From Ignavibacteria bacterium (GTDB lineage: Bacteria; Bacteroidota; Ignavibacteria; Tepidaquicellales; OLB5), in contig JACSRQ010000101.1 in the NCBI GenBank assembly GCA_014879675.1, forward strand, positions 901 through 64,900: 64,000 nt of DNA, in the 5' to 3' direction. The notes below the pieces were generated by a model. That model saw only the letters and a list, made by a program, of their open reading frames with translations. It was not told where the DNA came from and ran no database searches. The position numbers and the translations under genes were made by a program. Numbering within the stretch: the stretch's first letter is position 1; each line of letters opens with the position of its first letter. Positions 8,670-15,939 of the stretch are shown here, piece after piece.

Positions 8670-8706
8670 TTTAAAAAGACTTTTTAATTGAATTAAGGGA
8701 GGCATT

Positions 8707-9207
8707 TTGGGAAAAAAAATTATTTTTTCGGTTATGATGGCAGCCGTTTTGTTAATGACATCATGTTCAGGTGATGAGAAGATACTGAACATAGGCGATA
8801 AACTCAAGCACGATGATTTTTACTATTCCGTGCAGAAGGTATTGAAGACACCGGATTTTGTGGGAAAGAAGTCGGAGGGTACTTTCTATGTCGTTATGTT
8901 CAAGGTCCAGAACGATGCCGGAAGCGGAGAACATGAATGGAGCAGAAGTACATTGTATGTTGTGGATGAAAACGGCAAGGAATACGAAAATAAATTAGAA
9001 CTACAGAAGGAGTACAGCAGAATAAATTACGAGGAATACAAGGAAATCTATAAAACAGCAGCCGGAGGTTCTGATTCCGCAGTGGTGGTCTTTGAAGTGC
9101 CTAATTCTGTTAAGCAGCCATATATCAAATACAGGGGAGGGAATTCCGGCATTGGTGAAATATTCAGCGGCAATGCAGTTAAGAACTCAAAGGTTAAGCT
9201 CTTTTGA
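8707..9207 (+). CDS. Lipoprotein, DUF4352-like beta-sandwich
   Basis: 166 aa. TTG start after agggagg. Signal peptide with lipobox LLMTSC. Confidence 0.5.
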   Translation: MGKKIIFSVMMAAVLLMTSCSGDEKILNIGDKLKHDDFYYSVQKVLKTPDFVGKKSEGTFYVVMFKVQNDAGSGEHEWSRSTLYVVDENGKEYENKLELQKEYSRINYEEYKEIYKTAAGGSDSAVVVFEVPNSVKQPYIKYRGGNSGIGEIFSGNAVKNSKVKLF

Positions 9208-9593
9208 AGAATTTTTCCGGCATTGAATTTTGCTTCAGTAAAAGTACTTTCGCTGCCTTAGGTTTTATTCTTCCTTTGCTATTGATGGTTTATTCATGTC
9301 TGTTTAAGTCCGCAGGTTTTGATGTACCGTTCCAATTGATACACCGGCTTGACCGCTCTAACATGCTTGGGGGAATACTTGTAATTATCGTATTTTTCTG
9401 CTCAGTTATTTTGCTGTATGATATCTATATTTCAATGCATACTTTTCTTTCTGCAGCAAAAGATACAAAAGCCGCTTCACAAAAAGCATTTTTCGACCTT
9501 GCATTTGTTATTATAGCGATCTTATTCAGCATCTTCATTGTGTTGTTTCATGCATTTGACATGCTGGGAAATATTCCCGTTGGCAGAGATTAA
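9204..9593 (+). CDS. Small membrane protein of unknown function
   Basis: 129 aa with about 3 TM helices. Its TTG start overlaps the stop of the upstream lipoprotein gene (TTGA). Confidence 0.45.
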   Translation: MKNFSGIEFCFSKSTFAALGFILPLLLMVYSCLFKSAGFDVPFQLIHRLDRSNMLGGILVIIVFFCSVILLYDIYISMHTFLSAAKDTKAASQKAFFDLAFVIIAILFSIFIVLFHAFDMLGNIPVGRD

Positions 9594-9658
9594 ATTTAAT
9601 TCTCATAAATTAATAAATAATTTACTATTTTGAGAAAATCAAATCAAAATTATTCAGC

Positions 9659-10027
9659 ATGGGAACAGAAATTACTTCTATCAAAATGGGTAGTATCTAT
9701 GTCGATAATTTCGGCAAGGCTATGGAGTTTTACAAAGACTTGCTGGGTCTGAAAGGAGAACCAGGCGAAAACTCATGCTTTTTCCCCATATCTCCAAAAC
9801 AGGCAATTTACGTTGAAGGAAAGTATAAACCGGTAAAATCCGATTCCGGATCCGTCCGATCTGCAATTACCTTTGAAGTGGCATCTACAGGCGAAATGCT
9901 TAATAAACTTAGAAGTGCGGATATTAAGATAGTACAGGAAATCCCTGTTCAAATGTCTGATGAACTTTTCTGGTTCCAGTGTTTTGATCCGGCAGGAAAT
10001 ATTGTGGAGTTTCTCGGCGGCAAATAA
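9659..10027 (+). CDS. VOC (glyoxalase/bleomycin-resistance fold) family protein, paralogue 1
   Basis: 122 aa. Its C-terminal FWFQCFDPAGNIVEFLGG is shared with the neighbouring gene. Confidence 0.7.
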   Translation: MGTEITSIKMGSIYVDNFGKAMEFYKDLLGLKGEPGENSCFFPISPKQAIYVEGKYKPVKSDSGSVRSAITFEVASTGEMLNKLRSADIKIVQEIPVQMSDELFWFQCFDPAGNIVEFLGGK

Positions 10028-10049
10028 GAACTTTTTTTAATATATACCA

Positions 10050-10427
10050 ATGGATAAATCAAAAATAACAGCCATTTCAATGGCAAGTGTTTACGCTGAA
10101 GATTACGATGATTCATTCAGGTTCTACAACGGTGTGCTCGGATTAGACGATTTCAACCCAATGGGCGATAAAGCCTGTTTCTTCAATATTGGCGATGAGC
10201 AGGGCATGTACCTTGAAGGCGGACATGAGCCTGCTGATTCAGGTGCTGATTCCGCAAAAGCTTCGTTTACATTCAAAGTTGATTCAGCTTCAGCAATGTT
10301 CGTAAAGCTGAAAAAGAACGGAGTTCGCACAGTGCAAAAGGAGCCAATGAAGATGTCTGAAGACATATTCTGGTTCCAGTGTTTTGATCCTTCTGATAAT
10401 CTTGTTGAGTTTATTGGCGGCGAGTGA
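10050..10427 (+). CDS. VOC family protein, paralogue 2
   Basis: 125 aa, colinear with 9659..10027 (FWFQCFDPSDNLVEFIGGE). Confidence 0.7.
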   Translation: MDKSKITAISMASVYAEDYDDSFRFYNGVLGLDDFNPMGDKACFFNIGDEQGMYLEGGHEPADSGADSAKASFTFKVDSASAMFVKLKKNGVRTVQKEPMKMSEDIFWFQCFDPSDNLVEFIGGE

Positions 10428-10436
10428 TCTTGTCTA

Positions 10437-10488
10437 ATTCATCCGATGAACTGTCAAAGCCAGTCAGGCTTGAAGTCATCGGATGAAT
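10437..10488. terminator. Long intergenic hairpin between convergent genes
   Basis: A 13-bp perfect stem, attcatccgatga (10437-10449) / tcatcggatgaat (10476-10488). There is no clear U-tract on either side. Confidence 0.45.
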
Positions 10489-10499
10489 GACCAATTCTT

Positions 10500-11234
10500 T
10501 TACAGCTTTGCATCAATAAAATAAGGAAGCATCTTCCGCCATGACGGCCAATCATGCGGTATGTCATATCCCCACAGGTCCAGCTCATGGTTTATCCCCT
10601 TTGCATTAAGAACATTGCTTAGGTTTTTTGACGCTTCGGGATTTTCGTAGCTGCCCTGCCCGGTAGTGATGTATATATGTTTACGGTTCTTGATCTGATT
10701 GAGAATGTTTTCATCTTCAAGATTGCTTAAATAATCAACGGGAGAGTTGAAGTAAACATTTTCATCGTAGTAACCTTTGGAATAATCCTTAAGGTCATAT
10801 GAACCGCTCATTGCGATAGTTCCCGCAAAAAGATCCGGCCTGCGGAAAAATGTATTAGCAGCATGCAGTGCCCCAAAGGATGCGCCGGTTGTAATTATTT
10901 CAACACTCTCGCCGCACGTGGTTTTAATAAATGGTACAACTTCTGCAAGCACATATTCATTGAACTGGCGGTGGCGTTCGGATTTATACTCGGGGTGATT
11001 TTCATCATTCAGCCAGCTCTCGCTGTTAATACTGTTGATGGAAAACGCCCTTATCTTTCCGTTATTGATATACGGCGTAATTGATTCTATCAAATGGAAA
11101 CGTTCGTATTCAAGGTAATCAGCTGCGGCTGTAGGAAACATCAGCAGCGCTTTTTGGTTACCGGTACCGTAAACAACTATTTCCATTTCTTTGTTAAGAT
11201 TCGGACTCCACCATTTGTGAATTTCTCTCTGCAT
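10500..11234 (-). CDS. Esterase family protein (alpha/beta hydrolase, PF00756/COG4947-like)
   Basis: 244 aa. WWSPNLNKEMEIVVYG N-terminus and nucleophile elbow GASFG. Confidence 0.7.
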   Translation of the reverse strand: MQREIHKWWSPNLNKEMEIVVYGTGNQKALLMFPTAAADYLEYERFHLIESITPYINNGKIRAFSINSINSESWLNDENHPEYKSERHRQFNEYVLAEVVPFIKTTCGESVEIITTGASFGALHAANTFFRRPDLFAGTIAMSGSYDLKDYSKGYYDENVYFNSPVDYLSNLEDENILNQIKNRKHIYITTGQGSYENPEASKNLSNVLNAKGINHELDLWGYDIPHDWPSWRKMLPYFIDAKL

Positions 11235-11277
11235 AGGCTGTAATTTTTTTTGTGTTTTATTCAGGTATGTAATGCCA

Positions 11278-11285
11278 CAAAAATA
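11278..11285 (-). promoter_or_regulatory. Candidate -7 promoter box (TATTTTTG on minus strand)
   Basis: Fits TAnnTTTG and lies about 43 nt upstream of the esterase start codon at 11234. Confidence 0.25.
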
Positions 11286-11440
11286 CGAATATTAAGATAG
11301 AGTTAAAAGTCCTGCCATGCCTGAATATTTGGTATAGTTTTATAGGTAACTTATTTTTATTATTAGGCTTCAAATCGGTTAAATTCAAGCAAATTTGTTC
11401 AAAAAGCAGCCAAATATGAGCTGGCGCGGAGTATTATATA

Positions 11441-12040
11441 ATGGGAAAAAACAAAGAGGCAAAGTCAAAAGTAACAGAAAGCGAAAAAGCCGAAAAAAAG
11501 CTGAGAAAGATCACTGAAGAAATTGCTGATCTCAGGAAAAAGTACATCAAGCAGGTATCTAAGTTAGCTGCAATGGATGTGAAGGATTACACCCTGAGAT
11601 CAAGTGATGGAAATGAAGTGAAGATATCGGAAATGTTTGGAGATAATAAATACCTCTTCCTTGTGCATAATATGGGGAAGTCATGTTCTTACTGCACGCT
11701 TTGGGCGGATGGTTTCAGCGGGGTAACATACTTTATGGAAAAGAAAGCTGCTTTCGGAGTCGTATCACCCGATGCGCCTGAAGTGCAGAAAGAGTTCGCT
11801 GAATCCCGCGGATGGAAATTCAAAATGTATTCTTCAGAAGGTTCTGACTTCACCAAAGATATGGGCTATTATACAGAATCCGGCGCATACTGGCCGGGAG
11901 TATCGGTATTCCATAAACTGGCTGATGGAAGTTTAAGAAGAGTATCAAAAGATTTTTTTGGGCCGGGTGATTTTTATTCAAGTCCGTGGCACTTTTTTGA
12001 TCTGCTTCCGCAGGAAGTGAATGAGGAGAAAAAGCAGTAA
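11441..12040 (+). CDS. DUF899 thioredoxin-like protein
   Basis: 199 aa. CSYC redox-type motif (GKSCSYCTLWADGF), followed by VSPDAPEVQKEFAESRGWKFKMYSS as in DUF899. Confidence 0.7.
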   Translation: MGKNKEAKSKVTESEKAEKKLRKITEEIADLRKKYIKQVSKLAAMDVKDYTLRSSDGNEVKISEMFGDNKYLFLVHNMGKSCSYCTLWADGFSGVTYFMEKKAAFGVVSPDAPEVQKEFAESRGWKFKMYSSEGSDFTKDMGYYTESGAYWPGVSVFHKLADGSLRRVSKDFFGPGDFYSSPWHFFDLLPQEVNEEKKQ

Positions 12041-12594
12041 TGGGAGTAAGTTCAACTGAGCTCGATAATCTGAAAGAACAGTTCATGCAGATGAAAAAAG
12101 AATCTGCAGAGCTATTCCGGAAAATTACAGATAATGCTTTCAACAAAAGACCTGAAAGCGGCGGCTGGTCTGCTGCAGAGTGTATTGATCACTTAATTGC
12201 AACCGGCAGTGATTATTGCGACCAGTATGAAAATGCCCTCAGGGAAGTTATAGCACATGATAAAAAACTAACGGGCGAGCTGAAATATTCATGGTTTGGC
12301 CAGCGTTTTATCAATTTTGTGGAACCACCGGTACGGTTTAAAGCCAAGGCTCCAAAACGGTGGATGCCGGACTCAAACATCAATCTCAATAAAGCCGCAG
12401 CGGCGTACTCACAGCTGCAGGATAGGTATGTTGATCTGATAACCGCTTCTGAAGGATGGGATATCTCGAAAGTTAAGCTGCCATCACCTGCAACAAAGCT
12501 CATTAAATTTTCGGGATTGGAAATGCTGGGAATAAACTCTGCACACCAGAGAAGACACATTTTACAGGCAAAAAAAATTTTGAATATTAAATAA
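12040..12594 (+). CDS. DinB superfamily protein
   Basis: 184 aa with WSAAECIDHL, typical of the DinB_2 four-helix bundle. Its start overlaps the DUF899 stop (TAATG). Confidence 0.7.
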   Translation: MGVSSTELDNLKEQFMQMKKESAELFRKITDNAFNKRPESGGWSAAECIDHLIATGSDYCDQYENALREVIAHDKKLTGELKYSWFGQRFINFVEPPVRFKAKAPKRWMPDSNINLNKAAAAYSQLQDRYVDLITASEGWDISKVKLPSPATKLIKFSGLEMLGINSAHQRRHILQAKKILNIK

Positions 12595-12612
12595 TTTTAA
12601 GGAGAACCAATT

Positions 12613-13128
12613 ATGTCACTCAGCTCATTCAACTTTAAACAATGGATAGAAGAGAACCGCCACCTGCTGAAACCGCCTGTTGGTAATAAATGTATGGTGG
12701 ATGGCGACCTGATAGTGATGGTTGTAGGCGGACCTAACTCCAGGAAAGACTACCACTACGAAGATGGCGCGGAGTTCTTCTACCAGGTTGAAGGCGATAT
12801 AACCGTTAAAGTAATTGAAAACGGAAAGCCCAAGGATGTTCACATTAAAGAAGGCGAAATGTTCTACCTTCCGCCAAATGTTCCGCACTCGCCTCAAAGG
12901 CCGGCAAACACCATAGGGCTTGTAATTGAACGTAAACGTGAAGAAAAAGAGCTTGATGGCTTCCAGTGGTATTGTGAAAACTGCGGAGAAAAACTTTACG
13001 AAGAGTTTGTTAAGCTTGATAATATCGTTACCCAGCTTCCTCCTATATTTGAAAGATACTGGAACGATGTAGATAAGCGTACATGTAAAAATTGCGGCAC
13101 TGTTATGCAGCCGCCTGAAAAAAAATAA
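12613..13128 (+). CDS. 3-hydroxyanthranilate 3,4-dioxygenase
   Basis: 171 aa. Cupin core DYHYEDGAEFFYQVEGD...PPNVPHSPQR, plus a C-terminal CENCG...CKNCG rubredoxin-like site as in bacterial HAO/NbaC. A strong SD (aaggag) precedes it. Confidence 0.85.
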   Translation: MSLSSFNFKQWIEENRHLLKPPVGNKCMVDGDLIVMVVGGPNSRKDYHYEDGAEFFYQVEGDITVKVIENGKPKDVHIKEGEMFYLPPNVPHSPQRPANTIGLVIERKREEKELDGFQWYCENCGEKLYEEFVKLDNIVTQLPPIFERYWNDVDKRTCKNCGTVMQPPEKK

Positions 13129-13140
13129 TACTAATATTAA

Positions 13141-13596
13141 ATGGATATCAAAGAAGTAGTTCTTGAAAACAAATGGGCTTTAACAATTAGAGATACCTGT
13201 ACATTTGCCGAGCTAAGTGACAGATTTCGTGATAACTTCACAGAAATTGTAGTTTTCATGAAGAAGAATTCAATAAAGCCTGCCGGGCATTTTTATGGTT
13301 TGTACCACAGCTTCTCGGTTGAGAAGGTAGATTTTGAAGCGGGTGTTCCGGTAGAAGGCAACATTCAGCCTGAAGGCAGAATTAACATGTCTGAAACCCA
13401 TGGCGGCAAGGCTGTAATGACAATTTTTACAGGTCATTACGATGGGCTGAATGAAGCATGGAAAAAATTCGCTGATGTTGTTGATGCAGCAGGTTATAAG
13501 CTTGCGGGCCCGTGTTTTGAAGTATATATTACCGGTCCGGCAGAAGAGCCTGACAGCTCAAAATGGATAACAGAGCTTTATACACCGGTTGAATAG
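13141..13596 (+). CDS. GyrI-like small-molecule-binding domain protein
   Basis: 151 aa with a duplicated beta-alpha-beta-beta layout. The C-terminal ...PCFEVYITGPAEEPDSSKWITELYTPVE is typical of GyrI-like/AraC effector-binding domains. Confidence 0.65.
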   Translation: MDIKEVVLENKWALTIRDTCTFAELSDRFRDNFTEIVVFMKKNSIKPAGHFYGLYHSFSVEKVDFEAGVPVEGNIQPEGRINMSETHGGKAVMTIFTGHYDGLNEAWKKFADVVDAAGYKLAGPCFEVYITGPAEEPDSSKWITELYTPVE

Positions 13597-13709
13597 ATTT
13601 TCTATTCTCCAATAATCCATATTATGGAATACACCGTTGTTGCCGGGTTGAATCAAATGGAAGGTGATGCAGACTTAATAAGTTTCTGTAAATATTTCGA
13701 ACAATTCAA

Positions 13710-14732
13710 TTGAAGATAGACATTCATACACATATCCTGCCCGAAAACTGGCCGGACCTGAACAAAAAATATAACACTCACGGTTTTGTTACAATAGAAC
13801 ATCACAAACCATGCTGCGCTAAAATGATCTTGGGTGATAAAGTATTCCGTGAAATTGAGGATAATTCATGGAGTGCAGCTAAACGCATTGAAGAGTGTGA
13901 TCATACCGGTGTGAATATCCAGGTTCTCTCAACCGTCCCTGTTATGTTTAATTACTGGGCAAAACCTGAACAGACTTATGATCTATCACGTTACCTTAAT
14001 GATCATATTGCAAAGGTCGCGGCTGATAATCCCGACCGTTTCATTGGGCTGGGAACTCTCCCTATGCAGGATACAGCACTTTCTATTAAAGAGCTTGAGC
14101 GCTGTATGAAAGAACTTGGACTTGCAGGCATTGAAATTGGCACACACATTCACGGTCGAAATCTAGATGACCCTGAAATCTGCGAGATATTCCATGCATG
14201 CGAAGAGATGAATGCTGCTGTGTTCATCCACCCCTGGGATATGCTTGGGAAGGAAAGAATGCCGGAGTACTGGCTGCCCTGGCTTGTTGGAATGCCTGCC
14301 GAAACGTCCCTGGCAATATGCTCTATGATATTCGGCGGTGTATTCGAAAAGTACAAAAAGCTGCGCGTTTGCTTCGCGCACGGCGGCGGTTCATTCCCGT
14401 TTTCGTTAGGCAGGATCGAACATGGCTTTAACGTACGCCCTGATCTGGTTCAAACCAAAAATAAAATTAATCCACGCAACTACCTCGGCAAATTTTACCT
14501 TGATTCACTTGTTCATGATGAGCTTGCAATGAAATTTCTTATCGACCTTGTTGGCGAAGACCACATTGTAATGGGCTCTGATTACCCCTTCCCCTTAGGA
14601 GAGCATGTTCCGGGCAGCTTGATAGAATCAATGGATGAACTTAATAAAGTTGTGAAGGAAAAGCTCTTGTGGAAAAATGCGGCAGAGTTTCTCGGGGTTA
14701 ACAGCTTGATACAAAAATGTACGGCGAACTAA
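13710..14732 (+). CDS. 2-amino-3-carboxymuconate-6-semialdehyde decarboxylase (ACMSD, amidohydrolase_2)
   Basis: 340 aa with a TTG start. MKIDIHTHILPENWPDL (HxH ligands), FAHGGGSFPF and GSDYPFPLGE motifs. Confidence 0.8.
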   Translation: MKIDIHTHILPENWPDLNKKYNTHGFVTIEHHKPCCAKMILGDKVFREIEDNSWSAAKRIEECDHTGVNIQVLSTVPVMFNYWAKPEQTYDLSRYLNDHIAKVAADNPDRFIGLGTLPMQDTALSIKELERCMKELGLAGIEIGTHIHGRNLDDPEICEIFHACEEMNAAVFIHPWDMLGKERMPEYWLPWLVGMPAETSLAICSMIFGGVFEKYKKLRVCFAHGGGSFPFSLGRIEHGFNVRPDLVQTKNKINPRNYLGKFYLDSLVHDELAMKFLIDLVGEDHIVMGSDYPFPLGEHVPGSLIESMDELNKVVKEKLLWKNAAEFLGVNSLIQKCTAN

Positions 14733-14735
14733 ACT

Positions 14736-14773
14736 CATAAAAAAACGTTCCCCGGCTATTGCCGGAGAACGTT
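14736..14773 (-). terminator. Rho-independent terminator of the T9SS cargo gene 14840..15826
   Basis: Stem aacgttccccggc / gccggagaacgtt (one mismatch) with a tatt loop. On the minus strand it is followed by tttttttat. Confidence 0.7.
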
Positions 14774-14839
14774 AGATAAAAGGATTCAGTTTTTGTTTTA
14801 TTTTTTTTTGCCTTTTCACTTTTGCCTTTTTGCTTAACC

Positions 14840-15826
14840 CTACTTAACCAGCATCATTTTTTTTATATCACTATACTCACCAGATTCTATCCTGTAATAA
14901 TATACCCCTGAGGATAATCCTGAGCCATCGAAGTCAACTTCATAGGATCCCGGACTCAATACACCATTTACCAGCTGTGCTACCTGCTGTCCAAGAGAAT
15001 TAAAAACCATCAGCTTTGTTGCTGATTTTGTGATCCCGCCAGTTGATGGAATTTCGAATCTAATTTTTGTAACAGGATTAAACGGATTGGGATAATTCTG
15101 CCCTAATGAAAACTGTGATGCTGTTTCGGTTATGTTAACCAAACCAACAGGGTTGCGGGCGTTTAATCTTGTAACAACAAAATTTGCCTGCAATCCGCCT
15201 GAAGTAGCAGTGTAGCTGCTTGCCCAGCATGAACTGTAAAGAAACGCGTACCCGGAGCTTGAAGTACTTGCCGCATCAACCGAAGCGGAAGTTCCCGTAA
15301 ATCCTGTATGTCTTATTTCTATCAGAAGGTGTCCGCCTGTATAAATATAGGCTGAATCAAAATTGATGTCTGTTCCGAATGTTGTGGGACTGCCGCCAAA
15401 AGGGAATGAGCCGGCGGGGATTGTAAGCGGCCCTGACCTGACTCTTTTCTGAGGTCCCGCTATATTATCAGCAAATGTGAAGCTCCTGTTTTCCGGGGCA
15501 ACTCCGGGGCTGAGGTAAATATCGTAATTGGTGAATGTTACATCAGCACCGGGCCAGTTGCTTGATGCTGATGCAAGCAGGCGGAAAGTAAATGCCGTAA
15601 TTTCCTGCCCGATAAGCGGTGTCAGAATTGAATCACGGATAAGCAAATGAATTGTGCGCTGCGCATTTGAAAGCGGACCCAGGAAAGTTGCCGTACCCTG
15701 TGTACCTGAATAGTTCGGGGGCATTACATAAGTTGCTCTCTCAGAGCTTATACTGTTTTGAGTTTGAACAAATAAAGCAACAAAAAGGATGAGTGATACT
15801 GGTAGAAATTTGAAAAATGAATACAT
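14840..15826 (-). CDS. Secreted protein of unknown function with T9SS type-A C-terminal domain
   Basis: I trimmed the ORF from 15943 to the ATG at 15826, which has ggagg 5 nt upstream and is followed by the signal peptide MYSFFKFLPVSLILFVALFVQTQ. CTD: FSLGQNYPNPFNPVTKIRFEIP...GVYYYRIESGEYSDIKKMMLVK. Confidence 0.8.
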   Translation of the reverse strand: MYSFFKFLPVSLILFVALFVQTQNSISSERATYVMPPNYSGTQGTATFLGPLSNAQRTIHLLIRDSILTPLIGQEITAFTFRLLASASSNWPGADVTFTNYDIYLSPGVAPENRSFTFADNIAGPQKRVRSGPLTIPAGSFPFGGSPTTFGTDINFDSAYIYTGGHLLIEIRHTGFTGTSASVDAASTSSSGYAFLYSSCWASSYTATSGGLQANFVVTRLNARNPVGLVNITETASQFSLGQNYPNPFNPVTKIRFEIPSTGGITKSATKLMVFNSLGQQVAQLVNGVLSPGSYEVDFDGSGLSSGVYYYRIESGEYSDIKKMMLVK

Positions 15827-15890
15827 AGATCCTCCGGTAATTGTTAAATGAATTGCAAAGTTTTTTGGTGGAATTACTGTTTTGGATTTA

Positions 15891-15922
15891 AAACAAAAGG
15901 GGAGTTCCACTGCTCCCCCTTT
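15891..15922 (-). terminator. Rho-independent terminator of the S8 protease gene
   Basis: The minus strand reads aaagggggagcagtggaactcccc followed by ttttgttt. It lies 18 nt after the stop at 15940. Confidence 0.7.
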
Positions 15923-15939
15923 GAGAAAATCTTTATTTC

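Noticed and set aside
10500-11234. Esterase as the missing kynurenine formamidase
   Set aside because: This is tempting because an alpha/beta-hydrolase formamidase exists in eukaryotes and the gene lies next to the HAO/ACMSD run. But it is on the opposite strand, belongs (by motif) to the generic PF00756/COG4947 esterases, and nothing in the sequence supports formamidase specificity.
11259-11326. Imperfect 11-bp inverted repeat attcaggtatg / catgcctgaat in the esterase/DUF899 divergent spacer
   Set aside because: It has one mismatch and a 46-nt spacer, and nothing else supports it. It cannot be distinguished from chance in AT-rich sequence.
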